Below are positions 1 through 8,124 of a stretch of 64,000 bases of DNA, one piece after another. The translations under genes were made by a program, and so were the position numbers. The notes beneath the pieces were generated by a model. The model saw only the letters and a program-made list of their open reading frames with translations. It ran no database searches and had not been told where the DNA came from. The stretch spans positions 8,651 through 72,650 of the forward strand of contig CAZVRT010000004.1 of NCBI GenBank assembly GCA_964630375.1, in the 5' to 3' direction. The DNA comes from an uncultured Candidatus Saccharibacteria bacterium. GTDB lineage: Bacteria > Patescibacteriota > Minisyncoccia > Phycocordibacterales > JAACPR01. Positions within the stretch are counted from its first letter, which is position 1; each line of letters opens with the position of its first letter.

Positions 1-295
1 AATAAATGACACAATCGCTGAAGCTTCAAAGTTGGTAAACATGGCAATTCCTCCTGTGGTTTCTCTTGGAATTCTTTTGTTTATTTGGGGAGTCTTGAAA
101 TACATCACGACAGAAAATTCAAAGAAAAAAGCCGAGGCTTCCGCTTTTATTATGTGGGGTATAATTGTTCTTTTAATTATGGGGGTGACTTGGGGTTTTG
201 TTAATATGATTGCTCAATCTGTTGGAGTTTCGGCAACTCAGCAGCCAAACATTGGAACGCAATCAGTAAGTCCTCAGGAGTTAATAAAATATTAA
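1..295 (+). CDS. Small two-TM pilin-like membrane protein, 5'-truncated by the window edge (reading frame open to position 1)
   Basis: Paralogous to the ORFs at 757..1122 and 1128..1370; shares the 'LFIWGVLKY' and 'WG..V' motifs and two hydrophobic helices. The frame stays open upstream of the TTG/ATG at 32/41, so the 5' end is probably outside the window. Confidence 0.6.
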   Translation, partial: INDTIAEASKLVNMAIPPVVSLGILLFIWGVLKYITTENSKKKAEASAFIMWGIIVLLIMGVTWGFVNMIAQSVGVSATQQPNIGTQSVSPQELIKY

Positions 296-296
296 A

Positions 297-676
297 ATGA
301 AAAATTTTTTCACAAAACTAAATATACTAATCGGATTGGTTTTTGCACCATTGGTTTCTTTTGCGCAGCCTTTCAGACCAGAATATGGGGGACTAGGCGG
401 AAGTGGAGGAAGCGAATCTTACGCAGGACTGTTTTAAAAATTATTGAAAACTTAACTGTACTTGGTTCCGGAGTCGCTTTGTTTTTGTTTTTGTGGGGAG
501 TTGTAAAATATTTTACAAACAGTGATAGTGCTGCAAAACGAAGTGAAAGTGTTCAGACTATCACTTATGGATTAATTGCTCTGTTTGTGTTGGTGGCAGT
601 ATGGGGCTTGGTCAAGTTGCTTCAAGAATCATTGTTACCAGGTTCTTCTGGTGGGTTAAATATTCCACAATTCTAG
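297..676 (+). pseudogene. Frameshifted copy of the pilin-like gene: a signal-peptide ORF (297..437, frame 0) and a mature two-TM part (479..676, frame 2)
   Basis: 297..437 encodes MKNFFTKLNILIGLVFAPLVSFAQP..., a signal peptide like that of the gene at 757. 479..676 encodes the paralogous mature domain (FLWGVVKY...WGLVKLL) with no start context of its own and in a different frame. Confidence 0.5.
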
Positions 677-756
677 ATTTGCTTTGTTTTTTAAGTGGTA
701 TAATTAGCTTATGCCGTTTTATCCGGTTTATTGTAATAAAAATTTAAATTGATTTT

Positions 757-1122
757 ATGAAAAAAATTAACAGCAAAAAAGTACTTGGAATTTCTTCAGC
801 ACTTTTTGTTTTGCCTTTCGTAACTTTTGCTCAAAGCAGTGATGGTATTGGGCAATTGATTGGTATGGCAGGAGGTATTATTAGAGCTCTTATTCCGATT
901 GTTATTGGACTTGGAGTTTTGATTTTCCTTTGGGGAGTTTTGCAATATGTTTTGCGTTCAGATGATGCTGGAAAAGCACAAGGACGAACATTCATGCTTT
1001 GGGGAATTATTGCATTGTTTGTGATGGTTTCAGTTTGGGGATTGGTAAACATTTTGAGATCTTCACTACAACTAGACAACGCAACACCAACAGCTCCTGA
1101 TATTCCTCAACACGGACGATAA
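757..1122 (+). CDS. Small secreted/two-TM pilin-like protein (signal peptide + two hydrophobic helices); possibly TrbC/VirB2-like type IV secretion pilin
   Basis: Signal peptide ending ...FAQS, then IPIVIGLGVLIFLWGVLQY and WGIIALFVMVSVWGLV. Tandem paralogs lie alongside. Confidence 0.55.
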   Translation: MKKINSKKVLGISSALFVLPFVTFAQSSDGIGQLIGMAGGIIRALIPIVIGLGVLIFLWGVLQYVLRSDDAGKAQGRTFMLWGIIALFVMVSVWGLVNILRSSLQLDNATPTAPDIPQHGR

Positions 1123-1127
1123 TTTCT

Positions 1128-1370
1128 ATGGATGCATCTGGTTTAGTTTTAAAAATTGCTCAGACGATTATTAACCCGACAATTACACTTTTGTTTGGTG
1201 CAGCTATTTTGTTCTTTGTTTGGGGAATTGTTCAGTACATTAGAGGTGCTGACCAACCTGCTCAAAGAGCAACTGGTGCTAAGCATATGATGTGGGGTCT
1301 TGTTGGAATATTTATAATGATTTCAGCTGTGGCAATTCTAAAAGCATTTACAACCTCAATATTTGGGTAA
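1128..1370 (+). CDS. Small two-TM pilin-like membrane protein (paralog of the gene at 757, no signal peptide)
   Basis: LLFGAAILFFVWGIVQY ... MMWGLVGIFIMISAV. Starts 5 nt after the upstream stop. Confidence 0.55.
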   Translation: MDASGLVLKIAQTIINPTITLLFGAAILFFVWGIVQYIRGADQPAQRATGAKHMMWGLVGIFIMISAVAILKAFTTSIFG

Positions 1371-1430
1371 ATTCCGGATTAAAATAATAGTGAAAAGGGA
1401 AGTTAAAAGAATATATATAATGTAGAAAAG

Positions 1431-1465
1431 AAAAAAGGCCGGTCACGAAGTGACCGGCCTTTTGC
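1431..1465. terminator. Bidirectional rho-independent terminator
   Basis: AAAAAA-GGCCGGTCAC-GAAG-GTGACCGGCC-TTTT. Perfect 10-bp stem flanked by an A-run and a T-run, lying between convergent genes. Confidence 0.8.
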
Positions 1466-1476
1466 GCGAAAATACA

Positions 1477-1983
1477 TCATTTCTCCAACTGTGGAACAGT
1501 TGTTGAGATGACTCGTCGACCCCATCTCTGAAAGACTCCAGAGACAGTATCGTTTTCAAGGTTTTCTAGCCGAAGATAATGATTCTTCGGGTAGACATGC
1601 CATTTTTCTCCGGATCCCGGAGGTTGGCTTACATTGATGTGAGGATGAATGGTCCCTTGGCTAATTCTGTCAGCCCCGTCAGCCCCGTAGACTCCGTGGA
1701 TGGAACCTTTGATGTAGGAGTTTTTGTTGAATTGTGTCCACTTAACTGTGTACACAAATCCGACTCCATTTCTCCGAGTGCTGAAGATTTTTGACTCGCC
1801 AGCTTTGAGTGTGAAAGGAGTTTCCTCCAACACCTCTACAGGTCCGTATTTCACGACAGGCTGGGTTTGTTTGATTCTTTCCTTTTCTTCGTTGAATGCT
1901 AAAGCGACGAAGATGGGGATCAAAACCACTGCAGCGATGCCAATGAAGCGCCCTCCTCTTTTTTTCTTCTTTTCTTCCTTCAT
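1477..1983 (-). CDS. Hypothetical secreted/membrane-anchored protein
   Basis: Lys-rich N-terminus followed by a TM helix (FIGIAAVVLIPIFVALAF). No recognisable domain. Confidence 0.5.
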   Translation of the reverse strand: MKEEKKKKRGGRFIGIAAVVLIPIFVALAFNEEKERIKQTQPVVKYGPVEVLEETPFTLKAGESKIFSTRRNGVGFVYTVKWTQFNKNSYIKGSIHGVYGADGADRISQGTIHPHINVSQPPGSGEKWHVYPKNHYLRLENLENDTVSGVFQRWGRRVISTTVPQLEK

Positions 1984-1999
1984 TAATTTTCAGGAGTGA

Positions 2000-3148
2000 T
2001 TATATGTTTCCGTCGGAGTCGACGACTGGTTTTGTGCCTTCAAGTCCGCGGTGAAGATTGACCTTCACATTTCCACCAGGGTTTGCTGTTCCGATGATCA
2101 ATTCCAAAGCCTTTTCGAAGGCTATGGTAGGCTCTTCGTTTTCTTTCGGTTTTGAGGCTTTAACAGCTTCTTGAGCCTGTTCAATCATCACATTGGTGAT
2201 GCCGCGAGCGTCAAGTGCGTTGTTGTAAGCTTGACTTGCGTTCAGGTTTGATACCTTGAACTCCTGAATGTGAATTCCATGACGAGTTTCCATATGATGG
2301 GCTTTGTTGTGGAATTCTTTGAATATATGACCGAAGGTTTTTGCAGGATCTGCAATTGCTTTCAAAAATGTAGTTTTTGAAGCAGCTGTTTCAACCATGT
2401 TCATCAAATAAGCACCCACGGTCTGTTCGACTTTTTTCTTGCGAAGTTCGTTGTTCGTGCCACCGGCTGCATAGGCATCAATGTCATTGATGTTGTAAGT
2501 CAAGATCATTTCTGCCGAACCTGTGACGTTTTGGAAGCTCAGTTGTTTGATTGGAATTTTCAAATTTTCCTGGCTTTCGGTATCGAACTCGCCTTGATTT
2601 TGGTCGAAGATGTTGATTATAGCCCAGATTGGACCGTGGTATTTAACAGTATTGTCCACCAGTCCTTGATCATCGGCAAGTTCGCGTTTCTTTGTGAAGA
2701 TTCGGTTGCTTGTACGGAAGACTGAGTTGGTGGTAGGGACGTAAAGTAGCTGTTGAGGCCACAAACGCCAAAACAGTATTGAACACAAAACCCAGATCGC
2801 ATCTATGTATTTGCTTTGAGGGAGTTTGCTTCCCATAAAAGTGATTAGGAATTCAAGACTGAACCCGATGAGCCACCCTAAAAAGGCAAAGAAGCTGATG
2901 TTGAACAATAAATTCCGAGAGTTTCGGATGTATTGTTCAGATGTGGTCATAGGTCTTGTGCTTGGTGTGTCCAAGACTTTGAAAACACTCATAAGGATTG
3001 CAATACCCAAAGGGGTAAGTACACCCATAATGAGATGAATGTCTCCGATATCTGCTTTCATTTCTTTCTTTATTTTTCGAGTTGAATTTTCGCGCATGGC
3101 CTTATGGCCTGTAAAAGAGCCACTTGGCTCAATACATTTTGAGCGCAA
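2000..3148 (-). CDS. Membrane protein, possibly SPFH/band-7-like (start codon uncertain; internal Met codons at residues 17 and 30)
   Basis: Two or three N-terminal TM helices, then a segment resembling SPFH (..GIHIQEFKVSNLNASQAYNNALDARGITNVMIEQAQEAVKA). The family assignment is weak. Confidence 0.4.
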   Translation of the reverse strand: MRSKCIEPSGSFTGHKAMRENSTRKIKKEMKADIGDIHLIMGVLTPLGIAILMSVFKVLDTPSTRPMTTSEQYIRNSRNLLFNISFFAFLGWLIGFSLEFLITFMGSKLPQSKYIDAIWVLCSILFWRLWPQQLLYVPTTNSVFRTSNRIFTKKRELADDQGLVDNTVKYHGPIWAIINIFDQNQGEFDTESQENLKIPIKQLSFQNVTGSAEMILTYNINDIDAYAAGGTNNELRKKKVEQTVGAYLMNMVETAASKTTFLKAIADPAKTFGHIFKEFHNKAHHMETRHGIHIQEFKVSNLNASQAYNNALDARGITNVMIEQAQEAVKASKPKENEEPTIAFEKALELIIGTANPGGNVKVNLHRGLEGTKPVVDSDGNI

Positions 3149-3257
3149 GTTTATCTAACTGCAATACTATCACATTTTTATGAAAAAGTCAAGTCAACAA
3201 TCAACAAAAAATGGCTTTGTTAAGCCATAAATTATCGTTTATTAAATACTTATTTTG

Positions 3258-3339
3258 TGCCGAGGAGAGGACTCGAACCTCCATGGGTCACCCCGCTTGC
3301 TCCTAAGGCAAGTGCGTCTACCAATTTCGCCACCTCGGC
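3258..3339 (-). tRNA. tRNA-Leu (anticodon TAG), long variable arm
   Basis: Reverse complement GCCGAGGTGGCGAAATTGGTAGACGCACTTGCCTTAGGAGCAAG...GGTTCGAGTCC...CCTCGGCA. Anticodon loop CTTAGGA. Confidence 0.85.
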
Positions 3340-3394
3340 ATACGGCAAATTCTATCAATAAAAAATAAAATTTACCAGCGAATTTCTCTCGCTT

Positions 3395-3467
3395 GTCCGC
3401 CTAGTAGGGCTCGAACCTACGACCGTTCGCTTAAGAGGCGACTGCTCTACCAGCTGAGCTATAGGCG
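3395..3467 (-). tRNA. tRNA-Lys (anticodon CTT)
   Basis: Reverse complement CCGCCTATAGCTCAGCTGGTAGAGCAGTCGCCTCTTAAGCGAACGGTCGTAGGTTCGAGCCCTACTAGGCGGA. Anticodon loop CTCTTAA. One G·A mismatch in the anticodon stem. Confidence 0.75.
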
Positions 3468-3522
3468 GAAGTTTTTAAATGCTAACAAAAAAATCTCTTA
3501 AAGGAAAGTAATTTTTTTGATG

Positions 3523-3604
3523 TGCCCGAAGCGGGACTCGAACCCACACATCTTGCGATACTCGATCTTAAGTCGAGGGCGTCTACCAATTCCGCCATTC
3601 GGGC
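3523..3604 (-). tRNA. tRNA-Leu (anticodon TAA), long variable arm
   Basis: Reverse complement GCCCGAATGGCGGAATTGGTAGACGCCCTCGACTTAAGATCGAG...GGTTCGAGTCCCGCTTCGGGCA. Confidence 0.85.
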
Positions 3605-3626
3605 AATTAGGTTTATGGAAACCTTG

Positions 3627-3698
3627 AGGCGTGGGCGGGAATCGAACCCGCGCATGGCGGTTTTGCAGACCGCAGCGTTACCACTTCGCCACCACGCC
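3627..3698 (-). tRNA. tRNA-Cys (anticodon GCA)
   Basis: Reverse complement GGCGTGGTGGCGAAGTGGTAACGCTGCGGTCTGCAAAACCGCCATGCGCGGGTTCGATTCCCGCCCACGCCT. Discriminator U. Confidence 0.85.
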
Positions 3699-3703
3699 TT
3701 ATT

Positions 3704-4039
3704 TTATAAATCCCGAGAGATCTCTTCAAGTCTTTGTCTGGCTTTTTCTCCTTTGTCGATTTCAAAATCCAGAAAAGGAATTCGTGCCAAACGAGAATGT
3801 TTTTTAAGATAATCCCGGGCTTCACTTCTTTGTCTTTTCAAAAAATCAAGCGCAGCTTTTTCGCTTTGCTCAGGAAATACTGTAACAAAAATAGTTGTTT
3901 TTTTAAAGTCTGATGTAAGGTGAACATTCGTGATTGTAATCATTGATTTTCGGTTTGAATTTTCCTCAATGAAATTACCAATAATTTCTTTTAGATTTTG
4001 ACTTATTTTTTCTGATCGGTGTTCCATATTATTTTTCAA
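3704..4039 (-). CDS. rbfA: Ribosome-binding factor A
   Basis: ~111 aa with the KH-like RbfA pattern (..ITITNVHLTSDFKKTTIFVTVF..). Lies immediately downstream of infB, the conserved arrangement. Confidence 0.8.
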   Translation of the reverse strand: MKNNMEHRSEKISQNLKEIIGNFIEENSNRKSMITITNVHLTSDFKKTTIFVTVFPEQSEKAALDFLKRQRSEARDYLKKHSRLARIPFLDFEIDKGEKARQRLEEISRDL

Positions 4040-5531
4040 CTTTAATTATTGCTTCGATTACATCACCAACTGCAATTTCAATATCAGCAGCAATAGAAGT
4101 TCCAAATTCATTTCCTTCATCGACTTGCTTTGCTACTACTCTTTGTTGTTGAAGTTCTTTTATCGTACCAGTTCCAATTTTTTCTCCTCTTCGCAAAATG
4201 TTTACAGTGTTTCCCAAACCTATAATTCCAGAAGTGACTTTTCCTCCAAGAACTTGATTCTTTTTAGTTTGATTAAACATTGCAAGAACTTTTGCACTTC
4301 CGGCAACTTCTTCAACCATTAATTTTGGGGTTCTTTCTTTTACAATTTCTTTTAGCCAATCAACCATTTCATAAATAATGTTGAAAGTCTTAACAATTGT
4401 TCCATTTCTTTCTCTCATTGCTTCAGCGCGCGGATCTATTCCGACTCCCATTCCTATAACAAGAGTTTGAGGATCTGAAAGGGCTTTTTTCATATCTGAT
4501 TCTCCAATTATTCCTGTCGAATTTTCAAGAATGTTAAAATTAACTCGTTCTGTTTTTATTTTTTCCAATTCAAATTTTACCGCTTCACCTGTACCTGAAA
4601 CATCGGTCTTTATAATAATTGGAATAACCGCCAAATCTGCACGACTTTGAATCTTTTCATTTTGCTTCTCGTCTTGAGTAACACAATTTTTGCAATATTC
4701 TTCCGCTTCTTTTTTAGTGTTAAAAGATTCAAGTAAAGTTCCAACAGGTGGGATTGAAGTCCAACCGTAAATCACAATCGGAGTTGATGCTGAAATTTCT
4801 TTATATTTTTTTCCTGAAGTGTCTTCAATACTTCGCACAGGAGAAAGGGAAGAACTTCCTGCTATAAAATCTCCAACTTTTAAAGTACCATCCTTAATAA
4901 TAATTGTGGCGCTAATACCTCTTTTTTCGTCTTTGTGAGCTTCAACTACAATTCCTTTAGCTTTGATTGATTTGTCAGTTTTCAAATCTTCAAGTTCACT
5001 AACAAGAAGAATCATAGAGAGAAGATCGTTTATGTTTTGTCCTGTTTTTGCAGAAATTGGAACAAAAGGCACATCACCTCCAAGTCCTTCCAAATAAACT
5101 TCATTTTCAATTAATGCATACTTTGTTTTTTCAATATCTGCTCGAGGAGAGTCAATTTTATTTATTGCAACAATAAAAGGAACTGCACTTTCTTTAATAC
5201 AGTTGATTGCTTCTAAAGTTTGAGGCATCACTCCGTCTTCTGCTGAAACAATCAAAATTGCAATATCAGCAATGTTTGCACCTCTTGATCGAACATCCCT
5301 AAAAGCTTCGTGTCCAGGTGTGTCGATAAAAGTGATTTTTTGTTCACCGTGTTCCTCATCTTTGTGAGTTATTTCATAAGTGCTGATGTGTTGTGTGATG
5401 CCTCCAACTTCTTTGGCAACGATGTTTGATTTCCTTATATAGTCAAGCAGGGTAGATTTACCGTGGTCGATATGACCAAGTATTGCTACAACAGGCGGCC
5501 TTTTGGCCATTTTTGAGGTTTCTGGCGACAT
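4029..5531 (-). CDS. infB: Translation initiation factor IF-2 (short form lacking the N-terminal domains)
   Basis: G1 motif AILGHIDHGKST, DTPGHEAF and NKID motifs; the C-terminal domains are conserved. 500 aa. Confidence 0.93.
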   Translation of the reverse strand: MSPETSKMAKRPPVVAILGHIDHGKSTLLDYIRKSNIVAKEVGGITQHISTYEITHKDEEHGEQKITFIDTPGHEAFRDVRSRGANIADIAILIVSAEDGVMPQTLEAINCIKESAVPFIVAINKIDSPRADIEKTKYALIENEVYLEGLGGDVPFVPISAKTGQNINDLLSMILLVSELEDLKTDKSIKAKGIVVEAHKDEKRGISATIIIKDGTLKVGDFIAGSSSLSPVRSIEDTSGKKYKEISASTPIVIYGWTSIPPVGTLLESFNTKKEAEEYCKNCVTQDEKQNEKIQSRADLAVIPIIIKTDVSGTGEAVKFELEKIKTERVNFNILENSTGIIGESDMKKALSDPQTLVIGMGVGIDPRAEAMRERNGTIVKTFNIIYEMVDWLKEIVKERTPKLMVEEVAGSAKVLAMFNQTKKNQVLGGKVTSGIIGLGNTVNILRRGEKIGTGTIKELQQQRVVAKQVDEGNEFGTSIAADIEIAVGDVIEAIIKVEK

Positions 5532-5547
5532 AAAAATAGTTTGTATA

Positions 5548-6030
5548 TTACAACTTGCACGATTCTTTGGCTTGTGTCAACGCTTGTTGTTCTTCTTCTG
5601 TTAAGGTAACGGTGGCAGAAAACTGCTTTATTTCTTTAGCAAATACATTAACGCGGTCTCGTGAGTGTAGTGTAGAGATGATTATTCCATCTCCGTTTTC
5701 ATTTAAAAAAGCCGTGGCAAAGCTTTGATGTCCACCTGAATCAAGACCTTGGAAAGCTTTGAAACCAACTAAAGATAAACCTCGAATACCTTTTTGTAGA
5801 CGAGCTTCAACTTTTTTCAGATATCTTTCAATGTTGTCTTTGAAAGTAAAAATATTATTTAAATCAGATTCAATTGAGTTAATTGATTTTTCAAAATCAA
5901 AACTGTTTTGTCCTCTTGTTAATTTTTTAATTCTTGATTCAATTCTGACAATCCATAACACTAATCCTGCAATCAAAATCAGAATTGCAGCGATTATGTA
6001 AATAACTGTATCTTGCGGTATAGTGAACAT
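5548..6030 (-). CDS. Membrane-anchored hypothetical protein (DUF4446-like)
   Basis: N-terminal TM; ..GFKAFQGLDSGGHQSFATAFLNENGDGIIISTLHSRDRVNVFAKEI.. matches my recollection of the DUF4446 signature. The family call is unverified. Confidence 0.4.
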   Translation of the reverse strand: MFTIPQDTVIYIIAAILILIAGLVLWIVRIESRIKKLTRGQNSFDFEKSINSIESDLNNIFTFKDNIERYLKKVEARLQKGIRGLSLVGFKAFQGLDSGGHQSFATAFLNENGDGIIISTLHSRDRVNVFAKEIKQFSATVTLTEEEQQALTQAKESCKL

Positions 6031-6044
6031 GCGATAATTTTAAC

Positions 6045-7247
6045 ATGAATGAAAAAATATATTTAGATTATGCTTCAACAACGCCGACTTCAAGAAGAGT
6101 GTTGAAAAAAATGAGACCTTTTTTAAAGGATGTATTTTTTAATCCATCATCAATTCATAAAGGGGGTGTAATTGCTAGAAAAGCAGTTGAAGAATCTCGT
6201 GAGAAAATTGCCAGAGGTCTTTCAGTTCGGACTCAAGATATTTATTTTGTTGGAAGTGGAACTGAGTCAATCAATCTTGCGCTGTGTGGTGTTGTTCGAA
6301 AATTTTTAAATGATGAAAATTTAAAAAAAGAATTGAAAGGAGAGAGACCGCATTTGATTATCACGGAAATAGAACATCCTGCAGTGATGGAGGCGGCGCG
6401 CAGATTGGAAAAAGAAGGTGCAGAGTTAACCATACTTTCGGTTTTGCAAAATGGCTTAATAAAACCACAGAGCGTGCGCGCCGCCTTAAAACCGAACACT
6501 GTCCTTATCTCTGTCATGTTTGCCAACAACGAAATCGGCACAATTCTGCCAATATCAAAAATCTCAAAAGAAATTCTAGAATTTAAGAAAGACGTTGGCA
6601 GAGAAAAAAATCAATTTCCGTTTTTTCATACTGATGCGTCTCAGGCGGTAAATTATTTTTCAGTTCAAGTTGAAAAACTTGGTGTCGATTTAATGACTAT
6701 TGATGCCGGAAAATTTTACGGGCCAAAAGGTGTAGGTGTTTTGTATAAAAAACATTTTGTGCCAATTGAACCAATAATTTTTGGCGGATCTCAGGAAGGG
6801 GGTTTACGAGCCGGTACAGAAAACGTCGCTGGAATTGTTGGTTGTGCTGAAGCTTTTATCGAAACGCAAGAAATGAGAGAAAAAGAGAGCTTGAGATTGC
6901 AAAAACTCCAACTGTTTTTTATAAAAGAAATTTTGAAGATTTTTCCAAACATAACTTTGAACGGAGATTTAAGAGAAAGACTTCCAAATAATGTAAATAT
7001 TTGCATACCAGAAAGCAATGCAGAATTTTTGGTTTTAGCTCTAGATGCAAAAAATATTCTTGTTAGTTCTACAACTGCTTGCAAAAGTCTAGGCGAAGAC
7101 TCTTTTTCTTATGTAGTTGATTCGCTTGGAAAGAAAGATTGTGCTGCTTCGTCTATCAGATTTTCATTTGGGCGCGACACAACCAAAAATAAATTGAAAA
7201 AAGTAATAAAAATTCTCCAAAAGATAAAACTTGATTTTAAGCTATAA
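6045..7247 (+). CDS. iscS: Cysteine desulfurase (class V aminotransferase, IscS/NifS family)
   Basis: IYLDYASTTP N-terminus; PLP-lysine context DAGKFYGPKGVGVLY; active-site Cys in SSTTACKS. Confidence 0.88.
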   Translation: MNEKIYLDYASTTPTSRRVLKKMRPFLKDVFFNPSSIHKGGVIARKAVEESREKIARGLSVRTQDIYFVGSGTESINLALCGVVRKFLNDENLKKELKGERPHLIITEIEHPAVMEAARRLEKEGAELTILSVLQNGLIKPQSVRAALKPNTVLISVMFANNEIGTILPISKISKEILEFKKDVGREKNQFPFFHTDASQAVNYFSVQVEKLGVDLMTIDAGKFYGPKGVGVLYKKHFVPIEPIIFGGSQEGGLRAGTENVAGIVGCAEAFIETQEMREKESLRLQKLQLFFIKEILKIFPNITLNGDLRERLPNNVNICIPESNAEFLVLALDAKNILVSSTTACKSLGEDSFSYVVDSLGKKDCAASSIRFSFGRDTTKNKLKKVIKILQKIKLDFKL

Positions 7248-7267
7248 AATCAGTATTATGTCTATGT

Positions 7268-8113
7268 ATGAATGATCTAAACACTCAACAAATAGTGCTT
7301 TTGTGTCTCTTGGTCAGTTTCGTCTCTTCTGTGGCGACAGGTATTACTACAGTTTCTTTGTTAGACCAAGCTCCTGAGCCAGTGTCTCAAACAATCAATA
7401 GGGTTGTTGAGAGAACCATTGAAAAAGTCGTTGACCCTGTTGTGGAAACAGTAACTAACGTTGGAGGAGGAACAAGAACTGAGAGAGTGGTTGAAACTGT
7501 AATTGTTAATCAAGAAGATTTGACGGTAGAAGCTGTAGAAAAAAATTCAAAAAGTTTGGTTCGCATTTACAATGCAGACAGAAATGGAGTAAAAACATTT
7601 GTCGGTCTGGGTGTGGTGATTTCAGACGATGGAAAAATTTTAACTTCATCTACTGTAATTGAAAGTCAAAATAATTTAGTTGCAGATTATCCAGATGGAT
7701 CAAACTATTCAGTTTCTTTATCGAAAGCGCCGCAAAGAGGATCAATTCTTTTAGAACCAAGTGGAGTTGAAGATGGAAAAACTTTTGTGCCTGCAGTGTT
7801 TGGGGATTCTCAAAATATAAAACTAGCACAATCAATAATTTCATTGGGAGGACAAAACAGAAATTCAGTTTCAACAGGGATTGTAACAAGTTTGGAATCT
7901 TCAACTGGAGTTATAAGTGAATCAGAAGTTACAGCAGGTTCGCAGCCATCAACAGATATTATTCAAATTGGAACTTCAATTTCAAATGATGCAATTACAA
8001 GAGGAGCTATTCTTATGACTCTAAAAGGAGAAATAATCGGAGTCAGAATAGCAGGTTCAAATCCAGGTTCATTTATTTCTTCAAAAATTATCAAGTCATC
8101 TATGGGAATTTAA
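7268..8113 (+). CDS. Membrane-anchored trypsin/HtrA-like fold protein with degenerate catalytic triad (pseudoprotease)
   Basis: N-terminal TM; VGLGVVISDDGKILTSSTVIE corresponds to GSGFII..G.ILTNAHVV (His lost); IQIGTSISNDAITRGAIL corresponds to IQTDAAINPGNSGGPL (Ser lost). Confidence 0.5.
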   Translation: MNDLNTQQIVLLCLLVSFVSSVATGITTVSLLDQAPEPVSQTINRVVERTIEKVVDPVVETVTNVGGGTRTERVVETVIVNQEDLTVEAVEKNSKSLVRIYNADRNGVKTFVGLGVVISDDGKILTSSTVIESQNNLVADYPDGSNYSVSLSKAPQRGSILLEPSGVEDGKTFVPAVFGDSQNIKLAQSIISLGGQNRNSVSTGIVTSLESSTGVISESEVTAGSQPSTDIIQIGTSISNDAITRGAILMTLKGEIIGVRIAGSNPGSFISSKIIKSSMGI

Positions 8114-8124
8114 TCTAAAAAATT

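Noticed and set aside
831-1079. Minus-strand 82-aa ORF overlapping the pilin-like gene at 757..1122
   Set aside because: Entirely antisense to a gene that has paralog support; no start context.
3522-3825. ORFs 3522..3812 (+) and 3613..3825 (-)
   Set aside because: Both overlap the tRNA-Leu(TAA) and tRNA-Cys genes and are GC-rich only because of the tRNA sequence; no coding signal.
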